From Raillietiella orientalis (taxonomy: Eukaryota): a stretch of DNA of 64,000 nt. The stretch spans positions 1,612,001 to 1,676,000 of the forward strand of contig JAYWIR010000007.1 of assembly GCA_036172245.1 (NCBI GenBank), given 5' to 3'. Below the pieces are notes generated by a model. The model did not search any database and was not told the origin of the DNA. It saw nothing but the letters and a program-made list of their open reading frames with translations. Position 1 is the stretch's first letter, and every line of letters begins with the position of its first letter. Below are positions 63,597 to 64,000 of the stretch, piece by piece. Position numbers and translations under genes: made by a program.

Positions 63597-64000
63597 CTGG
63601 TCACGCCGGGATGTTTATTTTATATTAAAAAAGTGGACCAGTTGGGAAACGCTGGTTCCCAGTAGACGACAAGCAAAAAAAAAAATAAGGAAGAAGGTCC
63701 ACTGGAACGCAGGCCGTGTTCATGGGGAGTCCGGAACGGGGGAAGGACAAGAGAACAACAAAAATAAATTAAATTGGGTGGCATGGATCTTTGGATTCTC
63801 TCTGCGCGCACCGGAATGAAAACACAAAACACCGGGAAAGTCGCGGACGAAAATAGATAGAGAACGAAAAATAAAGAAATAAATAAAGGAAGGAAGGGAC
63901 AAGGGCCACCAGCTCTGTATGCCGGCGATCTCCTCTTGAGTCTCTTCTTCCAGGTGAGGCCACCTTGCAGCCGTCCTGATGTAGGTGACTGCCATCGTGG
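63597..64000 (-). mobile_element. LINE 3' end (runs off the window)
   Basis: RTAARWPHLEEETQEEIAGI, T-rich UTR, hairpin 1, aataaacatcccggcgtgaccaggt. Confidence 0.8.

Overview
GC-rich eukaryotic (probably arthropod) genomic DNA, so almost all of the supplied ORFs are spurious. The one clear gene is a Kv3-family (Shaw/Shawl-like) voltage-gated K+ channel on the minus strand. Its first two coding exons (8792-8599 and 6023-5891, T1/BTB domain) lie here and the rest lies beyond the left edge. From about 26.9 kb to the end the window is densely packed with decayed L1/Tx1-like non-LTR retrotransposon fragments, plus a probable BEL/Pao integrase remnant. The most interesting signal is a family of composite elements with this order: tRNA-like (B-box) head, ~40-bp tandem-monomer body, linker, variable-length LINE ORF2 C-terminus, then a 3' end with two conserved, covarying hairpins flanking AATAAA and no poly(A). 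Patchwork near-identity between inverted copies suggests gene conversion. All repeat boundaries and identities were judged by eye and are approximate.
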